Shown here piece after piece: positions 1 to 8,986 of a stretch of DNA of 41,770 nt (within the stretch, counting starts at the first letter, position 1; every line of letters begins with the position of its first letter). The position numbers and the translations under genes are program-made. The stretch spans positions 1 through 41,770 of the IMG/VR virus record IMGVR_UViG_3300046485_000028; one strand, 5' to 3'. Source of the stretch: a virus. The notes beneath the pieces are model-generated. The model did not search any database. It saw only the letters and a program-made list of their open reading frames with translations, and was not told the origin of the DNA.

Positions 1-127
1 TCCAGTGTGGTTCCGGAACCGCTCAGTTGTGTGTGTGGTTCCAGTACACCCCCTTTATGGGGTACTGGCACCACTCAACATATTCCCAAAATAGAAGTGG
101 AACCACTCGAAGAAGTACGTGCTGGTC
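1..127. repeat. Terminal exact direct repeat, copy 1 (identical to 41644..41770)
   Basis: Base-by-base comparison shows 1..127 equals 41644..41770, giving a unique genome unit of 41,643 bp. It is either a circular-assembly overlap or a short terminal redundancy. Confidence 0.97.
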
Positions 128-262
128 GTCGGCCCGCCTAGCTGGGTCGGGTTGGCGCACTGTGTCAGCCATCAACGGAAATAGCGTTGAATTTGGCCTA
201 TACGGTTCCATGCGAATACGGTCTGTGGTTCCAGTGAACTTTTTAGCTGCACGGGTGGAACC
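1..262. promoter_or_regulatory. Iteron field, right part (continues across the circular junction)
   Basis: Cores at 9-14, 15-20, 37-42, 99-104, 204-209, 227-232 and 257-262. Most have flanks GTGTGGTTCCAGT/A or GTGGAACCAC. Confidence 0.6.
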
Positions 263-410
263 ACACGGTAAACGGCAAATGAAGGGCTGTACTGGTGCGG
301 TGAATAGTAGGTACATGAAGGTGTCCGTGAATTCTCATGCGCTGGAAGAAGGCGCTAGCTCCCACACACGGATCCCGCGTAGAGTTAACGAACTAATCAG
401 AGGTGCATGA

Positions 411-872
411 ATGGCGACGCGTAATACGATCACAAACGTAAAGAAGCCTCCCGCGAAGGTGGCGAAGAAACCTGTAGGTGGTGCACGTGAAGGCGCAGGC
501 AGGAAGCCCGCTTCGCGTGGTGCTGTGAAGCGCAGTGGGTACGACACGGCTATGCGAATTCTTGGTGGTGAACTACGCGATGGCAACTACGGGGGCAAGG
601 GTGCACTTGATGACCCCGACATGCCTGAACTACCATGCAACGCCACACCCTTAGATGTGATGATTGAAGCCATGCGCAGGGCATACCAGCTAGGCGGACC
701 TATCGCAGCGTTCCCCTTCGCAGAAAAGGCAGCGCCATACCTGCACGCAAAGATTTCTTCCATTGAACTAAAGACGCCTTCGCCCCTAGGTGCGCAGGGT
801 GCTGGCGCTAAGTTCGTCGTGGAGTTCGTAAAGGCTAACCACACGCAAGAGGACCCCGATGACGCAGCTTGA
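411..872 (+). CDS. Putative terminase small subunit
   Basis: 153 aa. Sits immediately upstream of the large terminase and overlaps it by 14 nt. Basic N-terminus (KKPPAKVAKKPVGGAREGAGRKP) resembles the DNA-binding segment of small terminases. Call rests on position and composition only. Confidence 0.5.
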   Translation: MATRNTITNVKKPPAKVAKKPVGGAREGAGRKPASRGAVKRSGYDTAMRILGGELRDGNYGGKGALDDPDMPELPCNATPLDVMIEAMRRAYQLGGPIAAFPFAEKAAPYLHAKISSIELKTPSPLGAQGAGAKFVVEFVKANHTQEDPDDAA

Positions 873-2238
873 CACCATAGAAGACATCTATCGCCCCGCT
901 GTTGCCCCCGTTGGGCCATACCGAGGGGTATATAGCGACCTAATACCAACGGACGCCCCACCGGAGCGCCTTGCACTGCCAGAAAAGGCGGCATTCCTGT
1001 TTGATAAGCACCGCTACAAGGTCATCCCGGGCGGGCGTGGTGGCGCACGAAGCTGGAGCGTTGCCCGCACGCTGTTGATGCTGGCGTGCATGAGTCCGCT
1101 GCGCGTGCTGTGTGCACGGGAGTTCCAAGTGAGTATCAGCGAGTCGGTGCTTAAACTGCTCAGCGACCAGATAGCGCTCTCCCCGAACATGCGTGCCGTG
1201 TACAACGTGCAGAAGAAAACCATATCGAACGAACTGGGTAGCGAGTTCTACTTTGCAGGCATACGGAACAACGTTACCAACATCAAGTCCTTTGAAGGTG
1301 TGGATATATGCTGGGTTGAGGAGGCCGAAAAGGTTAGTAAGAACTCGTGGAAGGTGCTGATCCCCACCATACGCAAACCGGGCAGTGAAATATGGGTAAC
1401 GTTCAACCCCGACGAAGAGTCTGACCCGACAAGTCAGATGTTTATCGTAGGTGAGCCACCCCCGGGTTCCAAAGTGGTGTGGATGTCATGGGAAGATAAC
1501 CCGTGGTTCCCGGAGGAGCTACGCATCGAGAAGGATTACCTATACCGCATCGACCCCGAGGCAGCGGAACACGTGTGGGGCGGCGCTTTCCGTAAGAATA
1601 GTGCGGCGCAAATCATGCGGGGCAAATACCGCATAGAAGCATTCACTGCCGAGCCTGATTGGGATGGCCCATACTTCGGCTCTGACTTTGGCTTCAGCGT
1701 TGACCCCAGCACGCTCGTGAAGGTGTGGATACATGCGAACTGCCTGTATATCGAAGAGGAGGCGTATGGTGTGGCAGTTGAAACGGACGAGATGCCAGCG
1801 TTCTATGCAGGCGGGGAGGTACGCAACACTGACGGGTCATTACGCAAAACGTTCAAAGGTGTTACAGGGTGCAAGAAGCGCCCCATACGCGCTGACAGCG
1901 CACGCCCCGAGACCATCAGCTACCTAAACCGCCACGGGTTCGGCAACGTGGAGGGGGCCAAGAAAGGCGCAGGCAGTGTGGAGGACGGTATTGCGTTTAT
2001 ACGTTCCTTCGAGTGGGTGATAATCCACACGCGCTGCACGCACACCGCTGAGGAGGCGCGACTGTACTCATACAAGGTGGACAGGCTTACCAAGGAACCC
2101 ACCAACGAGGTCGAGGATAAGCACAATCACATATGGGACGCGGTACGATATGCGCTGGAGCCGCTACTGCGTCAGTCCAAAATGGGTATGCTCACGTACA
2201 TGAAACAACTCGCCGACAAGGCAAACCAAGAGGGATAA
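859..2238 (+). CDS. terL: Terminase large subunit
   Basis: 459 aa. Walker A-like PGGRGGARSWS and Walker B-like VDICWVEEAEK, with a C-terminal nuclease-sized domain. Lies directly upstream of the portal. Confidence 0.9.
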   Translation: MTQLDTIEDIYRPAVAPVGPYRGVYSDLIPTDAPPERLALPEKAAFLFDKHRYKVIPGGRGGARSWSVARTLLMLACMSPLRVLCAREFQVSISESVLKLLSDQIALSPNMRAVYNVQKKTISNELGSEFYFAGIRNNVTNIKSFEGVDICWVEEAEKVSKNSWKVLIPTIRKPGSEIWVTFNPDEESDPTSQMFIVGEPPPGSKVVWMSWEDNPWFPEELRIEKDYLYRIDPEAAEHVWGGAFRKNSAAQIMRGKYRIEAFTAEPDWDGPYFGSDFGFSVDPSTLVKVWIHANCLYIEEEAYGVAVETDEMPAFYAGGEVRNTDGSLRKTFKGVTGCKKRPIRADSARPETISYLNRHGFGNVEGAKKGAGSVEDGIAFIRSFEWVIIHTRCTHTAEEARLYSYKVDRLTKEPTNEVEDKHNHIWDAVRYALEPLLRQSKMGMLTYMKQLADKANQEG

Positions 2239-2242
2239 AGCT

Positions 2243-4426
2243 ATGGCAAAGATACCGGGTGCGCAGGCATCAGACGGCACGAAGACACCCATAACATCGG
2301 GTATCATCGACCGAGTGGTGCAAGGTGTGAAGTTTGTGCTTACGGGCAAGCCGAACGCGGCGTGGTTTGGCCCGGGTGACCCCATAGCACCGCAGGCGCA
2401 GGACAAAGCCGTAGGCAGGCAATTCGACTTTGCCGCCAACTACAACATCCGCCGAATGCCTAGGGATGGCGAGGGCATAACGTTTGAGCAGATGCGTGCG
2501 CTGGCTGATGGTTACGACTTGCTGCGGCTAGCCATTGAAACGCGCAAGGACCAGATGTCCAAGATGACGTTTCACTTTATGCCTAAGGAGCCGAAGACTC
2601 TACCCGATGCACGCTGTGAGGAGCTCGATAAGTTCTTCGCCTTCCCTGATGGCGAGCACGACTGGGAAACGTGGCTACGCGCAGTCATGGAAGACTTGCT
2701 GGTGCTTGATGCGCCCACGCTATACCCACGCATGGCGCTGGACGGTAGCCTGTACTCACTGGAGCTCATTGATGGCGCAACAGTGAAGCGCGTACTGGAC
2801 GAGACGGGGCGTACACCGTTACCCCCTGACCCCGCTTACCAACAGGTGCTGAAGGGAATGCCCGCTGTTGACTACAGCCGGGATGAGCTCATCTACAAGC
2901 CACGCAACGTACGTACGAGTAAGGTATACGGGTACAGCCCAGTTGAGCAGATTGTTATGACGGTGAACATTGCGCTACGTCGGCAGATGCACCAGCTCCA
3001 GTATTACACCGAGGGCAACGTGCCCGAAGCGCTGATTGGCGTGCCCGACGAGTGGAACCCGGACCAAATACGGCAGTTCCAGGAATACTGGGACTCCCTA
3101 ATGGAAGGCAACACCGCAGCCCGCAGGCACGCGAAGTTCGTACCGGGCGGCATGACCCCCACCTTTACCAAGGAGCAGGCGCTGAAGGACGAGTACGACG
3201 AGTGGCTGGGGCGCATCATCTGCTTTGCGTTTAGCCTATCCCCGCAAGCGCTAGTGAAGGCCATGAACAGGGCAACGGCTGAGACTGCCCATAGCGCAGC
3301 GTTAAGCGAAGGGCTTATCCCGTTGATGAATTGGGTGCGTGGCCTAGTGAACTATGTGGTGTGGAAGTACTTTGGCTATGACGACCTTGAAATGAAGTGG
3401 GAGGAGGAAGACGACACCGCCCCACTGGTGCAGGCGCAGATACTGCAAATCTACACGGGCAGCAAGCCCTTCATGACGCAGGACGAAGCCCGTGAGCGTA
3501 TTGGCCTAGACGCCATGACCCCTGAGCAGAAGGATGCGCTGGCACCCCCACCCCCGCCGATGCTTATGTCACCGCCCCCGGGCAAACCGGGTGATCCGCC
3601 AGACCCAGACAAACCCACGGGCAAGCCCGAGGATAAACCTGAAGACGCGCCGGAGGTCGCAGGCAAGCTGGGAAAAGCACGGGTCTCGCGCAAGGTACAG
3701 CCCCTAGCGCGAGACCGCAAAGCCGTGAAGGGATGTATAAGCGCTATCACAAAGACGGTTCAGCCTGCACTTGCGGCGCTAGGAAAGCGGCTGGCAAAGG
3801 AGCTAGCTGATAAGGTAGGCAAAGCCGTTAAACCCACGAAGGAGGTGCAGCGCCTTGTAAACGAGCTCACCTTCGACGAGCTCAAAGACCTTGCCCCTGA
3901 CCTTGCCCAAATACTGGAAGACATGGCAGGCGACGGGGGTGAGGCAGCGCTGGCGCAGGTGATAGCCGAGGTTTCCACTGCACAGTTATCGCAGGTGAAT
4001 GACGCTGCCGTTGCGTATGCGGAGGAACGTAGTGCCACGCTTGTAAAGGACTTGGAAGAAAGCACCCGTGACATGCTGCGTGCCACGCTTGCGCAGGCCA
4101 TGGAAGAGGGCTGGTCCAACGAGGACTTATCCAGCGAACTGGAGGACAACTATGCCTTCGGCGAGGACCGTGCTGACTGCATCGCCCGCACGGAGACAGC
4201 CTACGCAGACGTCCAGGGTAACTTGGAAGGGTATAAGGCCTCGGGTGTGGTTGCAGGAAAAGAGTGGATAATTGCGCAGGACGAAATCTGCGACGACTGC
4301 GTAGAGCTTGACGGTGTGGTAGTGGGGTTGGATGAGCAGTTCCCCAACGATGGCGGGGATGGCCCCCCACTGCACCCGAATTGCCGCTGCGACGTGTTGC
4401 CTGTACTAACCGAAGAAGAGGAGTGA
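2243..4426 (+). CDS. Portal protein fused to a Mu F / SPP1 gp7-like minor head protein domain
   Basis: 727 aa. A portal-sized N-terminal part of about 420 aa follows terL. A proline-rich linker (APPPPPMLMSPPPGKPGDPPDPDKP) follows. The C-terminus carries the MuF-type signature ARTETAY...CDDC...PPLHPNCRCDV. Confidence 0.8.
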   Translation: MAKIPGAQASDGTKTPITSGIIDRVVQGVKFVLTGKPNAAWFGPGDPIAPQAQDKAVGRQFDFAANYNIRRMPRDGEGITFEQMRALADGYDLLRLAIETRKDQMSKMTFHFMPKEPKTLPDARCEELDKFFAFPDGEHDWETWLRAVMEDLLVLDAPTLYPRMALDGSLYSLELIDGATVKRVLDETGRTPLPPDPAYQQVLKGMPAVDYSRDELIYKPRNVRTSKVYGYSPVEQIVMTVNIALRRQMHQLQYYTEGNVPEALIGVPDEWNPDQIRQFQEYWDSLMEGNTAARRHAKFVPGGMTPTFTKEQALKDEYDEWLGRIICFAFSLSPQALVKAMNRATAETAHSAALSEGLIPLMNWVRGLVNYVVWKYFGYDDLEMKWEEEDDTAPLVQAQILQIYTGSKPFMTQDEARERIGLDAMTPEQKDALAPPPPPMLMSPPPGKPGDPPDPDKPTGKPEDKPEDAPEVAGKLGKARVSRKVQPLARDRKAVKGCISAITKTVQPALAALGKRLAKELADKVGKAVKPTKEVQRLVNELTFDELKDLAPDLAQILEDMAGDGGEAALAQVIAEVSTAQLSQVNDAAVAYAEERSATLVKDLEESTRDMLRATLAQAMEEGWSNEDLSSELEDNYAFGEDRADCIARTETAYADVQGNLEGYKASGVVAGKEWIIAQDEICDDCVELDGVVVGLDEQFPNDGGDGPPLHPNCRCDVLPVLTEEEE

Positions 4427-4430
4427 CCCA

Positions 4431-5816
4431 ATGGCTAGAGTAACCGCTATGAAACGCGTCTTTGCTGAGATCAGTAAGGTGGAAGAGCAAGAGGATGGCA
4501 CCCTTAAGGTGTGGGGCTACGCCTCGGCGAACTGCGTTGACAGCGACGGTGAGACCATCACCACTGATGCCATGCGTAACGCGCTCCCCGACTACATGAA
4601 ATTCGGTGCAGTCCGTGAGATGCATCAGGCCATGGCAGCGGGCACGGCTATTGAGGCCAGCATCGAAGAGACCACTGGCAAAACATACTTCGGCGCACAC
4701 GTGGTTGACCCCGTTGCTGTGTTGAAGGTACAAACGGGCACCTATAAGGGCTTTTCCATTGGAGGCAAAGTTACTGAACGCGACCTAGCCGACAAGAAAG
4801 TCATTAAGGCGCTCAAACTGGTGGAGGTGTCTTTGGTGGACCGCCCCGCTAACCCCGAAGCAGTGTTCACCATGTATAAATCTGAAAAGGAAGATGAGAT
4901 GCGTACTCCAGAAGATGACATCACCGACCTCGCGTCCATCTTGGACAAAGGCGAAGTCACCCCAGCAAAGATCCTAGAGCTTATCAAGGCGCACCAAACC
5001 GCGCCCGCCGAGCCTACCCCAGCGCCAGCACCCACGGACGTCGTAAAGGCGGAACCCGTGGAAGTGAAGAAGGGCATGTATACGCTCAGCGACTTTGCCT
5101 GCGTACTCAGCTCCGTTGCTAACCTTGCCTACGAAGCACAGTGGGAAAGCGAATACGAGGGTGACTCCAGTCCGCTTCCGCAAGCGCTGCGTGACTGGCT
5201 GAAGGCTGGGCTTGCCATCTTCACGGATATGGCTGCCGAGGAATCCGCCGAACTGGTAGCCAGCCTGAATGCCGCTGCGGGCGTGCCTGAGGTCATCCAG
5301 ATGGCAGACGGTAAACTCACTATCCAAAAGAAGGGCGCAACGTTTAGCGCTGCCACTAAAGCCGCCCTAGCTGACGTGCACAAAATGCTGGAAGACGGTT
5401 GCGCCAAGATGGACGGACTGGGCTACAAAACGGCAGACGACGACGCCGAATCGTCAGCGAAAGCACCTGACACAAAGAACGCTTCCGATACCAACGGTAT
5501 CGTTCTGGACGAACAGACACTGCAGAAGTCCATCTCGGACGCTGTAGTCCAAGCCATTGCGCCACTTAACGACAGCTTGACAAAGCTGGGAAAGGAAAAT
5601 GAAGAGCTCCAGGCCAAGCTCACTGAACTGGGTAAGCGTGCAGCCCCCGGTAAAGCACTGCTCAAAGCAGTATCCATCAACAAATCAACCGACAACGCGC
5701 CAGCGGACACGGGCAAGTCTGAATCCACAGACCCCGCACCAGCCGAAGGCACTAATGAGCGGGCACAGTACGAAATGCGCAAAGTGTTTTCCACGGGTGG
5801 CAAGCGCCTTGCATAA
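4431..5816 (+). CDS. Prohead protease (HK97/S78-like) with a C-terminal scaffold-like coiled-coil extension
   Basis: 461 aa. N-terminal pattern WGYAS..DSDGE.I, REMHQ, GFSIGG and EVSLVDRPANPEA is typical of S78 prohead proteases. The C-terminal 300 aa is acidic and coiled-coil (ENEELQAKLTELGKR). Confidence 0.7.
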   Translation: MARVTAMKRVFAEISKVEEQEDGTLKVWGYASANCVDSDGETITTDAMRNALPDYMKFGAVREMHQAMAAGTAIEASIEETTGKTYFGAHVVDPVAVLKVQTGTYKGFSIGGKVTERDLADKKVIKALKLVEVSLVDRPANPEAVFTMYKSEKEDEMRTPEDDITDLASILDKGEVTPAKILELIKAHQTAPAEPTPAPAPTDVVKAEPVEVKKGMYTLSDFACVLSSVANLAYEAQWESEYEGDSSPLPQALRDWLKAGLAIFTDMAAEESAELVASLNAAAGVPEVIQMADGKLTIQKKGATFSAATKAALADVHKMLEDGCAKMDGLGYKTADDDAESSAKAPDTKNASDTNGIVLDEQTLQKSISDAVVQAIAPLNDSLTKLGKENEELQAKLTELGKRAAPGKALLKAVSINKSTDNAPADTGKSESTDPAPAEGTNERAQYEMRKVFSTGGKRLA

Positions 5817-5868
5817 TTCGCCCGCTTCGATGTTTTTCCTTTCTCAATACCCTCACAGGAGTACTTTT

Positions 5869-7479
5869 ATGAAATCGTTCCGTTCCATCCCCGTGCTGCG
5901 TATCGCGTTCTTCGCGGTACTGGCAGTTCTGGCCTACAAAGGCCTCCTCCCGCATGACGCTGCCATGGGCTTCGCAATGGCTGGGTCCCTGACAACTGAC
6001 ACCCTGGAATTGATGAAGTCCTCTCTCGCAAAGGCTGATGACACCATCGCCAAGACCGTCAATCAAGCGACTGGCCTTGTTGCCTACGACTTGCAAGCAC
6101 CCGCGAAGAACCTGTACCCGGTGAACACGCCTATCCGCAACCGCCTCCCTCGCGTTGGTGGTGGCACGGGTACGGCTACTAACTGGCGTGCTGTTAAGGC
6201 CATCCTCGGCTCGGGCTTTGACGCCATGGGCTGGATTCCGGAAGGCCAGCGTTCGGGTCGCATGTCTATCTCCACTGCTAACGTCGCCGCAAGCTACGTG
6301 ACCATCGGTGAAGAAGACCAAGTGACTTACGAAGCTATCAACGCTGCACGCACGTTTGAAGACATCCGCAGCACCTCCTCGATGCGCGTCTTGCAGAAGA
6401 TGATGCTGAAGGAAGAAAACGCTTTGCTCATGGGTAACTTGAGCACCGCCCTTGGCACTGCGGGCACGCCCACCCTTTCCGCTGGCGGCACTGGTTCCAC
6501 CCTCCCGGGTGCGCCCACCACCTACTCGGTGATCGTGGTCGCGCTTACTGGCGAAGGTATGCGTGGCGCTTCGCTGACTAACGGTGTGCCGTTGTCGCAG
6601 ACCATCACTGGCGCAGACGGACAAACCTACACCCTCAACGGTGGCTCTTCTGCCAAGTCCGCAGCGGCTACGCAGGCGATCACGCTGGGTCAGGTGCTGT
6701 CGTGCTCCACCGCTGCCATCAACGGTGCTATGGGTTACGCATGGTTTGTCGGTGCGGCTGGCGCTGAGCGGCTGGAAAAAATCACCACCATCAACAGCAC
6801 GACCTTCAACGCTGCATTGGCTGGTACGGGTCAGCTTGCCTCTGCCGTTACCGCTGGTGACAAGTCCACCAACACGCTCGGCTTCGACGGTTTGCTTTAC
6901 AGCGCCTACAAGTCGGGTTCTGGTGCGTACATCAACTCGTTGGCGACTGGCGTTGCTGGCACTGGCACGGTGCTGACTGCTTCCGGCCGAGGCACTATCA
7001 ACGAAATTGACGTGATGCTGCAATCCATGTGGGACCAGTACCAAGTCAGCCCGACTGTGATTTACGTCAGCTCGCAAGAGCTGAAGAATATCACCAACAA
7101 AGCATTGTCTGGTCCGGGTACTTCCCCGCTGTTGCAAATCTTCACTGACCCAGCATCGGGCTATCAGGGCACCATGGCTGGCGGTGTGGTTGGCTTCTAC
7201 TTCAACCCGTTCGCTAACGATGGCGGTATCAAAATCCCAATCAAGATTCACCCTGCCTTGCCCGCTGGTACGATCATTGGCTGGTGTGAAAACCTGCCGA
7301 TGCAATACCAGTCGAATCAAGTACCTAACGTGGCCGAAGTCAAGACCCGTCAGGATTACTACCAAATCGACTGGCCCCTGCGTACCCGTGCGCAAGAGTT
7401 CGGCGTTTACGCTGAAGAGGTGCTGGCTGTTTACGCACCGTTCGCAATGGGTGTGCTCACCAACATCGCCAACGGTTAA
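5869..7479 (+). CDS. Major capsid protein
   Basis: 536 aa from the ATG at 5869, which follows AGGAG at 5858-5862. Sits after the protease-scaffold gene and is followed by a strong intrinsic terminator. Motif NLYPVNTPIRNRLPRVGGGTG is capsid-like. The track start at 5599 overlaps the previous gene and lacks an RBS. Internal ATGs at 5965 and 5977 remain possible starts. Confidence 0.8.
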   Translation: MKSFRSIPVLRIAFFAVLAVLAYKGLLPHDAAMGFAMAGSLTTDTLELMKSSLAKADDTIAKTVNQATGLVAYDLQAPAKNLYPVNTPIRNRLPRVGGGTGTATNWRAVKAILGSGFDAMGWIPEGQRSGRMSISTANVAASYVTIGEEDQVTYEAINAARTFEDIRSTSSMRVLQKMMLKEENALLMGNLSTALGTAGTPTLSAGGTGSTLPGAPTTYSVIVVALTGEGMRGASLTNGVPLSQTITGADGQTYTLNGGSSAKSAAATQAITLGQVLSCSTAAINGAMGYAWFVGAAGAERLEKITTINSTTFNAALAGTGQLASAVTAGDKSTNTLGFDGLLYSAYKSGSGAYINSLATGVAGTGTVLTASGRGTINEIDVMLQSMWDQYQVSPTVIYVSSQELKNITNKALSGPGTSPLLQIFTDPASGYQGTMAGGVVGFYFNPFANDGGIKIPIKIHPALPAGTIIGWCENLPMQYQSNQVPNVAEVKTRQDYYQIDWPLRTRAQEFGVYAEEVLAVYAPFAMGVLTNIANG

Positions 7480-7495
7480 TCCCTGATGGTGTGCG

Positions 7496-7528
7496 CCCCC
7501 TACCTGTAACGGGGTGGGGGGTCTTTTT
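7496..7528 (+). terminator. Rho-independent terminator after the capsid gene
   Basis: Stem CCCCCTACC (7496-7504) pairs with GGTGGGGGG (7513-7521), including one G:U pair. Loop is TGTAACGG, followed by TCTTTTT. Confidence 0.8.
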
Positions 7529-7551
7529 CATAATTGACTGGAGAAACTGAT

Positions 7552-7719
7552 ATGCCGAAACTGAAAGCCCCCGAAGGCGCTACTTCTTGCTCCCACGATG
7601 GCGTGGTGTACGAAGCTGACGCATCTGGCCTCGTGGACGTGCCTGACGAAGCCGTACTCCCACTCCTGGACCACGGCTTTGCACCCGTGCCCGTGGTTGA
7701 AGAGAGGAAAAAGAAATGA
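7552..7719 (+). CDS. Small head-module protein, GFAPVP-motif paralog 1
   Basis: 55 aa from the ATG at 7552, with GGAG 8 nt upstream. ATGA overlap with the next ORF. Shares a ...PL..GFAPVP C-terminal pattern with 7716..7931. Confidence 0.5.
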   Translation: MPKLKAPEGATSCSHDGVVYEADASGLVDVPDEAVLPLLDHGFAPVPVVEERKKK

Positions 7720-7931
7720 AGTACCAAGCTCCCACCGACTTTGACGGTACTGGGTTCTTCCTAGGCGGTAGCTGGGTTGCACTGGACGCCGACCGCACCG
7801 TTACGGTGCAGCCCGGTGACCATACGCCCCTTTACGCGCTGGGTTTTGCCCCTGTCCCGACACAAACCCCCGACCCAACGCCTAGCGCGTCGCCAGCGAC
7901 CGATTTTCCCGACGCTGTCCCGACCGTTTAA
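7716..7931 (+). CDS. Small head-module protein, GFAPVP-motif paralog 2
   Basis: 71 aa. Translationally coupled (ATGA) to the previous ORF. Has a Pro/Thr-rich tail. Confidence 0.5.
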   Translation: MKYQAPTDFDGTGFFLGGSWVALDADRTVTVQPGDHTPLYALGFAPVPTQTPDPTPSASPATDFPDAVPTV

Positions 7932-7955
7932 CGCCTTACTTACCCCGGATGCACC

Positions 7956-8507
7956 ATGGCCGACCTTACAAACCTTGCAAACGTGAAGCAGTGGCTAGGC
8001 ATAGCGACCACCACTGATGACGCTTTGCTGACACGGCTGGTGTCGGCCGCGTCCGACTATATCCAGACATGGCTCAACCGTACGTTCGCTTCCGCTGCGT
8101 ACACGGAGGTCCGTGATGGTAACGGTGGCGCGAAGCTGATGTTTTCCAACTACCCCGTGACCGCTGTTGCCAGCGTGGTAATCGACGGGGTGGCCATACC
8201 CGCGTCAACGGGTCCCACTGCTCCGGGGTACACGTTTTCGCAGACTCAACTTTTCCTGCGTGGCAGCTACCGTTTCACGCGCGACATGCAAAACGTGTCC
8301 GTCACCTATACCGCAGGATATGCCCAGATACCCAACGAGATAGCGCAAGCCTGCATCGAGCTGGTTGGCCTGCGCTACAAAGAAAAGGACCGTATTGGTA
8401 TTGTGTCCAAGGGCTTGGCTGGTGAAACCATATCGTTCACGCAGAAAGACTTCAGCGAAGCCGTTGCGACCGTCCTGCGTAACTACAAGAAAGTGATCTC
8501 GCTGTGA
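7956..8507 (+). CDS. Head-tail connector (gp6-like adaptor)
   Basis: 183 aa. The N-terminus LANVKQWLGIATTTDDALLTRLVSAASDYIQTWLNR is typical of gp6-type head-tail connector proteins, and the position fits. Confidence 0.6.
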   Translation: MADLTNLANVKQWLGIATTTDDALLTRLVSAASDYIQTWLNRTFASAAYTEVRDGNGGAKLMFSNYPVTAVASVVIDGVAIPASTGPTAPGYTFSQTQLFLRGSYRFTRDMQNVSVTYTAGYAQIPNEIAQACIELVGLRYKEKDRIGIVSKGLAGETISFTQKDFSEAVATVLRNYKKVISL

Positions 8508-8986
8508 TAAAGGGCGAGCTCCTAGGTGGCGAAGCGCTGGTGCAGCGCTTTGAGGGAATGGTCCCTAAGTTCACCGGGCTGATGACGCAGAGCATAGGGC
8601 GCTTGACGCTGACGCTACTGCGCAACGTGAAAGCCAACAAGTTGAGCGGGCAAGTGCTGAACGTACGTACTGGCAGGCTGCGCCGGAGCATCAACCAACG
8701 CATGGAAGGGCTGAACACCGAAAAGGTAGCCGGGTACGTGGGCACAAACGTTGTCTACGCCCGCCCGCACGAGTACGGATTTAAGGGCAACGTGCCCGTG
8801 AAGGCGCACCTACGCAACATAAAGACAGCCTTCGGCAAGAGCATATCCCCAGTGACCGTACAGGTGCAGGGCTACACCCGCAAGGTGGATACCCCAGAGA
8901 AGTCGTTCTTGCGCAGCGCATTGGCTGAGATGGACGACGCAATACGCGCTGAAATACGCGGTGCTGTAACCGAGGCAATCAAATGA
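8504..8986 (+). CDS. HK97 gp10-like head-tail joining protein
   Basis: 160 aa. GTGA overlap with the upstream gene. Motif LNVRTGRLRRSI resembles the gp10 family. Position fits the neck module. Confidence 0.55.
   Translation: MIKGELLGGEALVQRFEGMVPKFTGLMTQSIGRLTLTLLRNVKANKLSGQVLNVRTGRLRRSINQRMEGLNTEKVAGYVGTNVVYARPHEYGFKGNVPVKAHLRNIKTAFGKSISPVTVQVQGYTRKVDTPEKSFLRSALAEMDDAIRAEIRGAVTEAIK

Noticed and set aside
1-262. Whether the repeated GGTTCC units could be a CRISPR array or a tandem satellite.
   Set aside because: - The units are only 6-13 bp long and occur in both orientations at irregular spacing (6 to about 100 bp).
- There are no regular repeat-spacer units and no cas genes.
- The pattern fits protein-binding iterons instead.
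5599-5868. Upstream start (5599) proposed by the ORF track for the capsid gene.
   Set aside because: - It overlaps the last 218 nt of the protease-scaffold gene.
- It encodes a Pro/Ser/Thr/Gln-rich leader and has no RBS.
- The ATG at 5869 has AGGAG at ideal spacing.
5752-7395. Very long ORFs on the strand opposite to, or out of frame with, confident genes. Examples: 5752..7395 (-), 3882..4733 (-), 11501..12418 (-), 17572..18132 (-), 31373..32476 (+), 35348..35914 (+), 40248..40904 (-).
   Set aside because: - These are typical shadow ORFs of GC-rich coding DNA.
- Their translations are low-complexity and Arg/Ser/Ala/Pro-rich, and they lack RBSs.
- Each fully overlaps a gene with clear family motifs.
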